A stretch of 64,000 nucleotides of DNA from an uncultured Syntrophomonadaceae bacterium (GTDB taxonomy: Bacteria > Bacillota > Dethiobacteria > DTU022). The translations under genes were made by a program, and so were the position numbers. Shown here in pieces: positions 28,787-38,173 of the stretch. Below the pieces are notes generated by a model. The model was not told the origin of the DNA. It saw nothing but the letters and a program-made list of their open reading frames with translations, and ran no database searches. Every line of letters starts with the position of its first letter. Within the stretch, counting starts at the first letter, position 1. The stretch spans positions 15,160 through 79,159 of the forward strand of contig CAZVLE010000098.1 in NCBI GenBank assembly GCA_964627855.1, in the 5' to 3' direction.

Positions 28787-29413
28787 TTGAGCGGAATCGA
28801 AAAATACGGCCTAAAAATAGACAGGTGGCTGAAGATAACAGGGTTCTTGCTTATTATCCTGCTCCTGGCTTACACACTGACCATGTTTTTTATCATTAGA
28901 AATAGGGTGGACACTTATACACGCCAGCTTTATGACGATATTGCCGCTATGTATGGTGACGAGATAAGTTTGGTTTTAGAGATAAATGAAACAATACCGG
29001 TTGATTTATCTATCCCTGTTTCGGAGCTAATTGATCTGAATGAGCTAATGCCTTCTGATATTCCCTTTGAAGCGACCATACCGATCGATACGGTAGTCAA
29101 AGTTGACCAAAATATCAGCGTCCCTCTGGATATTCCCCTGCTGGGTAGCTATATTGTTAATATACCGTTAAAAGCAGAAATCCCCGTTAACCAGGAAATG
29201 TCAATCTCAACAAAGATAAAGGTTGATTCGGCAGCTTTTCAGCTTTCAGAGGATGTCATTAATATTAAACAGGATATTCCTATCAGCATTCCCTTGGCGT
29301 TGCAAATTCCAATCAGTGAGCTTGATCTGAGTTTAAGAACAGAAGGGTTTACATCTTTGATAAACCTGGCAAGATTTTTATTACTGCTAAAACCGATTGA
29401 ATTAGAACTTTGA
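28787..29413 (+). CDS. membrane-anchored protein with degenerate IP[VIL]-rich repeats
   Basis: TTG start 11 nt after AAGGAG; TM helix ITGFLLIILLLAYTLTMFFII; then many short IPV/IPI/IPL-containing beta-like repeats. Confidence 0.5.
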   Translation: MSGIEKYGLKIDRWLKITGFLLIILLLAYTLTMFFIIRNRVDTYTRQLYDDIAAMYGDEISLVLEINETIPVDLSIPVSELIDLNELMPSDIPFEATIPIDTVVKVDQNISVPLDIPLLGSYIVNIPLKAEIPVNQEMSISTKIKVDSAAFQLSEDVINIKQDIPISIPLALQIPISELDLSLRTEGFTSLINLARFLLLLKPIELEL

Positions 29414-29422
29414 AACACATTT

Positions 29423-30145
29423 TTAATTAAACAGTTGTTCTAGAAACTCATGCACTTTAGCAGAAAACTGTCTAATTAGCTGGTTATAAATTGAGGGGTG
29501 AAAATTACCGGTCCACTCATCCATAAATATTTTTTTAAATTCTATGGCAAACACAGCGAGGTTACGATGATATTGGGCAGTTAGCCTTCTTGCCAGGTAA
29601 CCGCCTTTAAATATCTCATTTTCAGCAACCGAGATTTTTCGATTATCAACTGATATTTGCTGCAGGAGTTCGAGGAAAACCCTGATATCCTGCCCGAAAA
29701 CAGTTTTGTTAATGGCCTCTGTTCCCAGGTTAATTACCGGTTTCTCATCTTCATACCAGGTCAATCTTTTTTCCCTCTGGTAACAGTAAGCATGAAGGTC
29801 AAAAATATAGGCGCGTTTAAAACGCCTGACCAGATAAGCAGCAATAATATCCAGCAACTGGTGAAATTCGCGATATTTTTCAAGTGATTGCTCCATTTCC
29901 AGAGCTGTAAGAGGCCGTTTCCAAACATTAAGGCCCCAGGCCATGTCGGGAGTAAGAGGGATTGCCCTCGTTTCAGAGCGGTTCAGGTCGTACTCAAACC
30001 TGGAATCAAGGGCTATGACCTGGACGGGGAAATCCCGTATAAACTGTTCAGTACCCGGATCTTCCTCCCGATAGCGATCTACGGTTCCGACCTTGAGAAC
30101 CTCCTGCAGCTCTGGGCGGATACGGTTACCGGCATGAATTGCCAA
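29423..30145 (-). CDS. N-formylglutamate amidohydrolase (FGase)-family hydrolase; the true N-terminus probably lies upstream of 30145
   Basis: AIHAGNRIRPEL, DSRFEYDLNR and YIFDLHAY segments match the HxG / D.NR / D.H(S) pattern of the FGase family. The frame is open for 54 more codons upstream. Confidence 0.6.
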   Translation of the reverse strand: MAIHAGNRIRPELQEVLKVGTVDRYREEDPGTEQFIRDFPVQVIALDSRFEYDLNRSETRAIPLTPDMAWGLNVWKRPLTALEMEQSLEKYREFHQLLDIIAAYLVRRFKRAYIFDLHAYCYQREKRLTWYEDEKPVINLGTEAINKTVFGQDIRVFLELLQQISVDNRKISVAENEIFKGGYLARRLTAQYHRNLAVFAIEFKKIFMDEWTGNFHPSIYNQLIRQFSAKVHEFLEQLFN

Positions 30146-30307
30146 ACCGGCATAAAAAGCCGGTTCCTCAAAACTAAAACCGGCTGAACCAAGAGTGGTT
30201 TTGCCATGAAAAGGAAAATCCTCTTTGTCCAGCCTGCTTTTTATCTCCGGAAGAGAATAAGTTTCTGAGTTAACTTTGACCCCTCCTTTATAGTGGTTCC
30301 TTAAAAT

Positions 30308-31684
30308 TTATTCAAGATCTTTCTTCTTGACAACACCCATGGTCGGCACAATTCCTCCACCTGCGCTAACATTGATGATTGATCTATCCGAAACCCGGGT
30401 GATTGTCCCGCCGTACTTACCGGTAAATGCAAAGGGGTTAATGTTGACTTTTTTCAGTTTCAACTTGACCCCGCCATCAATTTCCGGAAATATTTCCTGG
30501 GGGATGTTGACATATTCCTGCACAACCCAGTCTTCAGATTTTAGATGTTTATCTATAAGCTGATCCCAGGTTTTTTGATCCGTTTCCCGGCCGAGGAAAA
30601 CATCTTTACCTCCGTATGAAGAAGCTTTCTTGATTACCAGTTTATCCCTGTTGTCCGCCGTAAAGCGACAGAGGTCTACGGTATAACCATTATAGGTTAC
30701 CTTGGAGTCGGAAAGAATTTTCGTCCAGGGAATGGTCTTTTTTATGACTTCCAACTCTTCACGGTCATAGATGGATTGAAAACGTTCATCTGTTAAAAGA
30801 TCAAGGATCTTTTTGTTGCCGACGATAAAAGAGCGATAGGGATTACACATGCAGGCCAGTTTATTTTTAACTCCCTTAATGTAGTCTCCCACTTCATCAA
30901 TTTTATCAACCAGCTCCCTGGTTATAACCCGTCGATAAATAAGGTGAACAGGCTCACTTTCAGCAAACATGTGATCACCATCAATGACAAACTTTTGGGG
31001 GCTGGTGATCAGCGCCTTAAGACCCTTGCTCTCAAAAAACTCCTTGATCAAAACGAATTCATCCGCGGTAACCAACCCTTCCCAATCCACAATAGCTATG
31101 GTGGGCTTCTCGGGAAAGTGAGGATGTTCCAACCTGAATTCCCTGTAACAACTGCGAATAGCCTGGAAAAATCTCTCCTGGCGGCTAATATACTCAAACT
31201 TCCAATGGTCGATGAAGTTATAACTGTTTAGAATAGTTCTGAACCCTTCTTCCAGGACGTCAGAATAGGCTATGCCGGCAGGAGAATCACAGTTAAACTC
31301 CAGAAATTTTATTTCATAATCATTCATAAAAGCATCGAGCCGCGAAATAACCAGAGCAAAACTGTAGTCGGGCTCGATCTGAAATAGTTCATGCTCATGA
31401 TCGCTGAATTTCATGATCCTCTTGACTTCATCATTTTGCAGGTAAAGCTGAATAAACTTGTTTAGAGCACTGCTGATTTTCTCAACGGTGTGTTGAAGCT
31501 GCCGCCCCTGTTTCGGAGAAATAAAGTTAGGCTTAAGCAGGGTCGGCATTGGCTCACCATTAAAAGTGCAGCGCCTCTGCAAGAGAAATTTGCGTAAGCT
31601 TTCATATTGGGCCGGAGCTTTACTGTCATCGCTTGAGAGTTCGATTAGCATAGACATATTTACATTAGCCATCTGATCTATCAT
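30308..31684 (-). CDS. circularly permuted ATP-grasp (type 2)-like amidoligase
   Basis: ~458 aa. HLIYRRVITRELV...CNPYRSFIVGNKKILDLL...IPWTKIL...LVIKKASSYGGKDVF follows the pattern of CP-ATP-grasp / glutathionylspermidine-synthase-like ligases. The ATG at 31684 follows GGGGAG. Confidence 0.55.
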   Translation of the reverse strand: MIDQMANVNMSMLIELSSDDSKAPAQYESLRKFLLQRRCTFNGEPMPTLLKPNFISPKQGRQLQHTVEKISSALNKFIQLYLQNDEVKRIMKFSDHEHELFQIEPDYSFALVISRLDAFMNDYEIKFLEFNCDSPAGIAYSDVLEEGFRTILNSYNFIDHWKFEYISRQERFFQAIRSCYREFRLEHPHFPEKPTIAIVDWEGLVTADEFVLIKEFFESKGLKALITSPQKFVIDGDHMFAESEPVHLIYRRVITRELVDKIDEVGDYIKGVKNKLACMCNPYRSFIVGNKKILDLLTDERFQSIYDREELEVIKKTIPWTKILSDSKVTYNGYTVDLCRFTADNRDKLVIKKASSYGGKDVFLGRETDQKTWDQLIDKHLKSEDWVVQEYVNIPQEIFPEIDGGVKLKLKKVNINPFAFTGKYGGTITRVSDRSIINVSAGGGIVPTMGVVKKKDLE

Positions 31685-32135
31685 TATCTTCAGCTCCCCG
31701 CATAAGGTTTTCAGCACCATGCCAGGCAAAAACGCCTGATGGAAACAAACCCTGCCTAAAAAGCATGCGCATTGCCATAACTGCCCCTGTCAAGCCAATC
31801 AGGAAGTATAAAACATGTAAAAAATCTATAAGACCCATCATTATACACTGCACCCCAATCCAGATCATCAAAGCCCAGGAAAATACTGAGCTGATATAAG
31901 CCTGGTATGGTAATCTTTTATATGCAGTTATGGCACTGAAGGTATGACCAAGACCTATAACTAGAAAGAGAATCAGTGATGGAACAAAGTAACTGCTAAA
32001 GGGCGATCCTTCCAAATGCGCAGCAGGTATTCCCAGGGGCTCATGAGGATCCAGCATCCCGGCCAGACCACCGAATAAAGCACCGATGCCGACAAAAACA
32101 TGCATGATTATAAAAAAACGGTAGTATTTATTCAT
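31665..32135 (-). CDS. small integral membrane protein (4 predicted TM)
   Basis: 156 aa, four hydrophobic segments. The 3' end overlaps the ATP-grasp start by ~20 nt. Confidence 0.55.
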   Translation of the reverse strand: MNKYYRFFIIMHVFVGIGALFGGLAGMLDPHEPLGIPAAHLEGSPFSSYFVPSLILFLVIGLGHTFSAITAYKRLPYQAYISSVFSWALMIWIGVQCIMMGLIDFLHVLYFLIGLTGAVMAMRMLFRQGLFPSGVFAWHGAENLMRGAEDNDRSDG

Positions 32136-32245
32136 GAAATGATTATACAGTAAAAACTGGTGTGATAATACTTCTTCTTGACATCATATCATTAATTTCC
32201 AAGCTGTGGTAGAATGGTCCTAATTGTTTTTGAGAGGAAAACCTA

Positions 32246-32836
32246 ATGTTAAAAATGTTTACAATTTTTTTATTTACAATTTTAGGATGGAAACTTCAGG
32301 GGCAGATGCCCGCCGATATAAAAAAATGTATTATCGTTGCTGCGCCTCATACCAGCAATTACGATTTCCTTTTAGCGGTAGCCAGCTTCTACAAGATGAG
32401 TCTTCCTGTTAAGTACCTGATTAAGAAAGAATGGTTAAACTTTTTCCTCTTTAAAGGAATGTTTAAAGCCTCAGGAGCCCTTGGAGTTGACAGATCAAAA
32501 AGCAATACAATGGTTGACGCATTGGCTGACCTGATCGATTCATCAAACGAGAATATTACCTTAATGATTTCACCTGAAGGCACCAGGAAACTAGTTAGTA
32601 AATGGAAAACAGGTTTCTACTATACCGCGTTAAAAGCCAGGGTGCCCATCGTCTTGAGCAGCCTGGATTATGCCAAAAAAGTTGCCGCTATCGGGCCGAG
32701 TTTCATGCCCAGCGGCTGCTTTAGAAGAGATATGCAGATTATAAAAAACTACTATCAAGACATCACCCCAAAATACCCGGAAAACTTCAGCCTGAATATC
32801 TATCTGCCTGATAAAAATGCACTTTGTGCCAGTTGA
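32246..32836 (+). CDS. 1-acyl-sn-glycerol-3-phosphate acyltransferase-like (PlsC family)
   Basis: HxxxxD motif (PHTSNYD) and ISPEGTR motif III. Confidence 0.75.
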   Translation: MLKMFTIFLFTILGWKLQGQMPADIKKCIIVAAPHTSNYDFLLAVASFYKMSLPVKYLIKKEWLNFFLFKGMFKASGALGVDRSKSNTMVDALADLIDSSNENITLMISPEGTRKLVSKWKTGFYYTALKARVPIVLSSLDYAKKVAAIGPSFMPSGCFRRDMQIIKNYYQDITPKYPENFSLNIYLPDKNALCAS

Positions 32837-32863
32837 CGGTCGGCTGCTTCTGGTCATATGGTA

Positions 32864-33754
32864 CTATTCCAGAAGACTGGTTTCAATAACCTGATTTACA
32901 GAAAAATCATGTATTTGTAAATAAAACCTGACAACCTCTTCCAGTGCACATAAAGGTAGCGGGCCGACAAATTCGGCGGCAGCAATAGAAACACCATATC
33001 TCGCCGCTTCAAAACGAATTGTTTCCATCACCCTGTGGATGGGAGTTTTGATATAATTGGTCAGGTTCATAGATACCTGAACCATATTTTTGTCACTCAG
33101 GGTTACCGCAATAGCCCTGACAAAGCGGTAACCACCACCGAGGTGGCGGATTTCCCTGGCAATCTTCTCGGCAATTGAGATGTCGGTTGTATCAAGATTT
33201 ACGTTAAAAGCGACCAGCGGAAACCTCACTCCCACAGCAGTCGCCCCCGTTCGGGAGTTAAATTCAGCCGGACCTGCATCAGGAACCCAGGCAGGTTGCC
33301 TTAATTTTTCTACCAGTGCTTCATACTGACCTTTTCTGATAGTAGCAAGATTTTTTCTGTCAGGAACTTTTGCAGCATCCTCATAGTAATATACAGGCAC
33401 TCCCTTTTCACCAAGGTAACCACCAAAGCTCCTGGCAATACCTACAGCTTCATCAGCAGTGACATTGCGAACCGGAATAAAAGGGACAACGTCAAGCGCA
33501 CCCATACGCGGGTGATCACCGCTGTGAGTTCTCATATCGATGTTCTCAAGACACAGGTCAGCAAGTGCCTTTGATGCGGTAAGCACTTTTTCGGGCTCAC
33601 CCAGATAGCTGAAAACAGAACGGTGGTGGTCACGATCAGATGAGACTTCGAGCAACTTGACACCACCTGTATCGCTGACTGCAGTGGCTATTATCTCGAT
33701 CAGCTTTTCATCTTTTCCCTCACTAATATTGGGTACACACATCAATATTTTCAA
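32864..33754 (-). CDS. ftcD: glutamate formimidoyltransferase
   Basis: MKILMCVPNISEGKD start and 296 aa, typical of the formiminotransferase domain. Confidence 0.85.
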   Translation of the reverse strand: MKILMCVPNISEGKDEKLIEIIATAVSDTGGVKLLEVSSDRDHHRSVFSYLGEPEKVLTASKALADLCLENIDMRTHSGDHPRMGALDVVPFIPVRNVTADEAVGIARSFGGYLGEKGVPVYYYEDAAKVPDRKNLATIRKGQYEALVEKLRQPAWVPDAGPAEFNSRTGATAVGVRFPLVAFNVNLDTTDISIAEKIAREIRHLGGGYRFVRAIAVTLSDKNMVQVSMNLTNYIKTPIHRVMETIRFEAARYGVSIAAAEFVGPLPLCALEEVVRFYLQIHDFSVNQVIETSLLE

Positions 33755-33949
33755 AGGTGATCACCCCCTGTAAAGCTATTGGTTATCGAGGCTACCGCTC
33801 AAAAAAGAAACACCACTCTCAATTTCTCGATAAGATCATATCAAGCCGGAAGCTTTAGTGTCAATGGCGATAGATCAATATTGCTCAAGCCTATCTTAGT
33901 AAGCCGGTACTGAAATGATGTTTAGGCCACGGCTATATAGCCGTCTTTC

Positions 33950-33977
33950 TTGCAGTTTACCCCCTTTCAGGTATACT
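33950..33977 (+). promoter_or_regulatory. putative sigma-70-type promoter of asnS
   Basis: TTGCAG, 16 nt, TATACT; 24 nt upstream of the ATG, with GGGAGGG as SD. Confidence 0.35.
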
Positions 33978-34000
33978 GGTATTTAGCGGGAGGGATTGGT

Positions 34001-35395
34001 ATGGAAAAAATCACAGTTAGTAAACTGGTCCGTAACATGGCAGACTATGAAGGTAAGATAGTGTCTTTGGAGGGCTGGGTCAGAAGTAACCGCAACCAGA
34101 AATCCTTCGGCTTTATATCCTTAAACGATGGAACCCATTTCAACTCAGCACAGATAGTCTATGAAAAAGAGTTACTCAATAATTTTGATCAGATCGCCAA
34201 GCTTGGTGTCGGATCAGCGGTAAGTCTTGGCGGTAAAATGGTTCTTACCCCTGAAGCAAAACAACCTTTCGAAATTAAAGCGCAATTCATAAATATAGAA
34301 GGAGCAGCTGAACCTGACTACCCGATTCAACCTAAACGGCACAGCCGTGAATTTTTAAGAGAAGTCGCCCACCTACGACCCAGAACCAATCTCTTTTCAG
34401 CAGTGTTTAGAGTTCGTTCAGCCCTTGCTCATGCTGTTCATCTATTCTTCAGGCAAAAAGAATTTCTTTACCTGCACACACCGATCATCACCGCGAATGA
34501 TGCAGAAGGAGCCGGAGAACTTTTCAGGGTTACCACCCTCGACCCTGATAACCCTTCCCTGACTGCAGATGGATCTACGGACTATTCTGCCGACTTTTTT
34601 GGGAAAAAAACTAACCTTACCGTCAGCGGCCAGCTGGAAGCCGAGGCTTATGCCCTGGCTTTTAAAAATGTCTATACTTTCGGGCCGACCTTTAGGGCGG
34701 AAAACTCCAACACAGCCCGTCATGCGGCAGAATTTTGGATGATTGAGCCAGAAATTGCTTTTGCCGATCTCGTTGATAACATGAACCTGGCAGAAGAAAT
34801 GATGAAAGCCCTGATCAACTTTCTCCTTGAAGAAGCCCCCGATGAAATGGCTTTATTTAACAATTTTGTTGAAAAAGGTCTTTTAGAAAAATTGCAGGCA
34901 ATAGCATCTGCAAAGTTTGCCCGGATCAGTTACAGCGAAGCAATCAACATTTTACTTAAGGCAAATGAAAATTTTAGTTTCCCTGTCGAGTGGGGTAAAG
35001 ATCTGCAAACTGAGCATGAAAGATATCTGACCGAAAGGGTCTTCAAAAAACCACTATTCGTAACCGATTACCCGGCAGATATCAAGGCTTTTTACATGCG
35101 TCTTAATGATGACCGTAAAACTGTTGCCGCCATGGACTTGCTAGTTCCTGGCGTAGGTGAAATTATCGGAGGCAGCCAGAGAGAGGAACGAATAGACCTG
35201 CTCAAGCAGAGAATGGCTGCTATGAATATCAGTCAAAAAGACCTTCAGTGGTACCTGGACCTGAGGAAGTATGGAGGAGTTAGACATTCCGGTTTTGGGC
35301 TTGGGTTTGAAAGGGCGATCATGTACTTTACCGGCATCAGCAACATCAGGGATGTAATTCCCTTTCCAAGAACTGTTCATTCCTGTGATTTTTAA
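34001..35395 (+). CDS. asnS: asparagine--tRNA ligase
   Basis: Class IIb motifs [21 protein letters not shown] and GFGLGFERA; ~464 aa from the ATG at 34001. Confidence 0.9.
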   Translation: MEKITVSKLVRNMADYEGKIVSLEGWVRSNRNQKSFGFISLNDGTHFNSAQIVYEKELLNNFDQIAKLGVGSAVSLGGKMVLTPEAKQPFEIKAQFINIEGAAEPDYPIQPKRHSREFLREVAHLRPRTNLFSAVFRVRSALAHAVHLFFRQKEFLYLHTPIITANDAEGAGELFRVTTLDPDNPSLTADGSTDYSADFFGKKTNLTVSGQLEAEAYALAFKNVYTFGPTFRAENSNTARHAAEFWMIEPEIAFADLVDNMNLAEEMMKALINFLLEEAPDEMALFNNFVEKGLLEKLQAIASAKFARISYSEAINILLKANENFSFPVEWGKDLQTEHERYLTERVFKKPLFVTDYPADIKAFYMRLNDDRKTVAAMDLLVPGVGEIIGGSQREERIDLLKQRMAAMNISQKDLQWYLDLRKYGGVRHSGFGLGFERAIMYFTGISNIRDVIPFPRTVHSCDF

Positions 35396-35413
35396 TTGAT
35401 CTAAGTACCCTTT

Positions 35414-36817
35414 ATGATTCGCTGGAAAACAAAGAGGACAATGACGCAAATAAAACCAACTTCACTACCGCTGGCCGGTCAATTATTATTCGCTTCAGGA
35501 AGCGCCGGATTTACTATGCTCGAGCGCTTGATTTTGCTTTATATGCCCTTCTACTACCTTCCCCCGGCAGAACTAAATCTGGAGAATCTTATCCCAGAGG
35601 ACACTTACTTCGGCATCGTCACTGCCCTGGGAGCTGCCCTATTGATTGGCCGTTTATTTGACGGCTTTGCCGATCCGATTATTGCCTCTCTGAGCGATAA
35701 TAACAGTTCAACTCTTGGTCGCCGCAAATTCTTTTTATTGCTGGGGGGATTACCACTGGCCGCTTTTACGCTGTTAGTTTTTTTCCCGCCCTCTGTTTCC
35801 GGGCTATCAAATCTGAACAGCTTATGGCTCGGTCTCTGCATGGCTCTTTTTTACCTCTTCTTCACAGCTTATGTCAATCCTTATCTGGCCCTGCTACCTG
35901 AACTTGGACACAGCAATGCTTTACGGATTAACCTTTCAACCCTGATCGCCTTTTTCGGATTATTGGGAATGGTTTTGGTAGCCATCTTGCTTCCGATAAT
36001 CATCAGTGACATTCAAGCCTCGGGAGTTGAAACAAGAACAGCTTACAGGCAAGTGATCATGATATTTGCCGCTATTTCGGCAGTTCTCCTCTACACTGCG
36101 ACTCTCGGTTTCAATGAGAAGGTGCATTGTCATCCTGCTAAAGCACCAAAAATAAGCGCCTGGCAATCTCTGCGCCAGACTTACAAAATAAAGGCCTTTC
36201 GCATTTTCCTCTGCGGAGAACTGTTCCTCCAGTTTGCCATGAACCTGGTCACGCTCGGCCTGATTTATTATGCGGTGGTTATTTTTCAGCGGGAAGAACG
36301 TTTCATGACTGTCCTGGCTGCTTTGACTATTGGCGGGGCTTTGCTTTTTTTCCCCCTGGTTAACCTGATTGCCAAGAAAGTGGGGAAAAAGAAAGTGATC
36401 ACCACCGGTGTGCTCAGCCTAATGCTAAGCGGGTTGACTATCTTTATCTTCTCTTTTAACATGACCGGCATCTATTTTTATTTAAGCATAGCTATGTTTA
36501 TATTGGCCGGTTTTCCCCTGGCGGTTCTCACTATCCTGATAAATCCAACCATTGCCGATCTGGCCAGGGCCGATAATAAAAAAACCGGCCAGCGTCGTGA
36601 AGCAATGTTTTTCGGGGCCCGGGCCATACCACTTAAGCTGACGATAGCTCTTGCCGGAGTTGTTTTCGCTTACCTGCTTTCAGCTTTCGGCAAAGATATT
36701 GCCCAGTCACTGGGCGTACAGTTGAGTGCCCTCGTTGTCGCGATTGCCGCTGCCTGCAGTTTTGTTTTCTTCAACCTATACCCTGAGGAAGAGGTCCTGA
36801 AAGAACTGGGTGAGTAA
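35414..36817 (+). CDS. GPH/MFS-family cation symporter-like transporter
   Basis: ~12 TM segments; the DGFADPIIASLSD loop is typical of glycoside-pentoside-hexuronide-type carriers. Confidence 0.7.
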   Translation: MIRWKTKRTMTQIKPTSLPLAGQLLFASGSAGFTMLERLILLYMPFYYLPPAELNLENLIPEDTYFGIVTALGAALLIGRLFDGFADPIIASLSDNNSSTLGRRKFFLLLGGLPLAAFTLLVFFPPSVSGLSNLNSLWLGLCMALFYLFFTAYVNPYLALLPELGHSNALRINLSTLIAFFGLLGMVLVAILLPIIISDIQASGVETRTAYRQVIMIFAAISAVLLYTATLGFNEKVHCHPAKAPKISAWQSLRQTYKIKAFRIFLCGELFLQFAMNLVTLGLIYYAVVIFQREERFMTVLAALTIGGALLFFPLVNLIAKKVGKKKVITTGVLSLMLSGLTIFIFSFNMTGIYFYLSIAMFILAGFPLAVLTILINPTIADLARADNKKTGQRREAMFFGARAIPLKLTIALAGVVFAYLLSAFGKDIAQSLGVQLSALVVAIAAACSFVFFNLYPEEEVLKELGE

Positions 36818-36853
36818 ACCGGGGGAAAAGCATGAGCCTGGCAGGTAAATTTG

Positions 36854-38170
36854 CTAACCCAGCCTGCCTTTCAAATCGTCGATAAATTGTCTCGCAGTTC
36901 GGCCGGAACGGGCATTGTGCCACAACACCCACCTGGTGGCCAGCTCATGCAGTTCAGAACGATCAATTTTGATACCACTCTTAGCAGCCATATCCTCGAC
37001 AATATTTAGAAATTCCAATTTGCCTGGCGCAGGATAGACCAGTTTTATACCAAAGCGATCGGCCAGAGAAAGTTTTTCCTGGTAAGTATCCTGCACACCT
37101 ACTTCATCTGTTACTCTATCTCCAAAAAACTCTCTGACCAGATTCCTGCGGTTCGAGGTAGCATACACCAGAACGTTCTCGGGTGGTTTGGCAACACTAC
37201 CTTCGAGTAGAGCTTTCAGTTCTTTATACTCCGTCTCATCTTCCTCAAAAGACAAATCGTCTATAAAAATGATAAACCGCTGGGGTCGGCCATCAATAGC
37301 TGCGATAACAGAATGAAGGCTAAGTAAATCATGCTTCGAAATTTCAAGCAATCTTAATCCCTGTCGGCCAAATAGATGAACCAGGCTCTTGATAGTTGAA
37401 GATTTTCCTGTACCGCGATCCCCATAGAGCAGTACATTGTTTGCCTTGCGCCCTTCCACGAACTGTCTGGTATTGCGGGTGACCTCTTTTTTCTGATCTT
37501 CATAGCCAACTAGATCTTTTATTCTGATCGGATCCGGCTTAGCCACCCCGCAGAGTCCCGATCTTTCTCCCATGGCATTCCAGCGAAAAGCCCAAAAGCG
37601 ACCGAATATCCCGCTTCCGGTTTTATGAAGAAAAGCGTGGAGCTTTTCAGTCTCCTCGGACCAGTCAGAAGCACTGGCCAGACAATGCTTGATTGCAGCC
37701 TGCTCGCAGCTATAATATCCCATATGAGAGTTTTCACTAGAAACATTTGCTTTTAAATGTTCAAAACCGGGGAAATATTCATCGAGGTGATACAACTTCC
37801 GTATATGTCGAAGGAGTAACAGCAAATCAAAATCATAGACAACCTTCAATAGCCGGAGATCATGCTTTAAAGCTTCAAGAAGTAAACTGTCAAGGTTGGC
37901 ATATATTTCACCCTCTGCAGCAAGGCTGAAAGCATTTTCTGATTCAGTGATAGAGTCCAGGAGGTGGTTTCTGAACAGATCGATGTCAGATAGATTATTG
38001 CTCGTCGGCCGGGCAAGCAGCTTAGCCAGCATGTCAAAGCATGTTTCAACAGCAGATTTTCTTTTTTCAGCAACCTGCCCGAGCAGTTCCTTAAAATCCA
38101 GGAGAATGGGATCTCTAAAAATATCCCTGTAAAGGGTCAGACATTGGATGGCCTTTAAAACATTTTGCAC
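36854..38170 (-). CDS. DUF815-type AAA+ ATPase
   Basis: Walker A GDRGTGKSS and Walker B FIIFIDDLSF; C-terminal NARSGRTARQF is typical of DUF815 proteins. Confidence 0.75.
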   Translation of the reverse strand: MQNVLKAIQCLTLYRDIFRDPILLDFKELLGQVAEKRKSAVETCFDMLAKLLARPTSNNLSDIDLFRNHLLDSITESENAFSLAAEGEIYANLDSLLLEALKHDLRLLKVVYDFDLLLLLRHIRKLYHLDEYFPGFEHLKANVSSENSHMGYYSCEQAAIKHCLASASDWSEETEKLHAFLHKTGSGIFGRFWAFRWNAMGERSGLCGVAKPDPIRIKDLVGYEDQKKEVTRNTRQFVEGRKANNVLLYGDRGTGKSSTIKSLVHLFGRQGLRLLEISKHDLLSLHSVIAAIDGRPQRFIIFIDDLSFEEDETEYKELKALLEGSVAKPPENVLVYATSNRRNLVREFFGDRVTDEVGVQDTYQEKLSLADRFGIKLVYPAPGKLEFLNIVEDMAAKSGIKIDRSELHELATRWVLWHNARSGRTARQFIDDLKGRLG

Positions 38171-38173
38171 AGT

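Noticed and set aside
33755-34000. Possible T-box leader upstream of asnS.
   Set aside because: There is no T-box consensus (AATTAGGGTGGTACCGCG-like), no specifier-loop/antiterminator architecture, and the putative promoter leaves only a ~24-nt leader.
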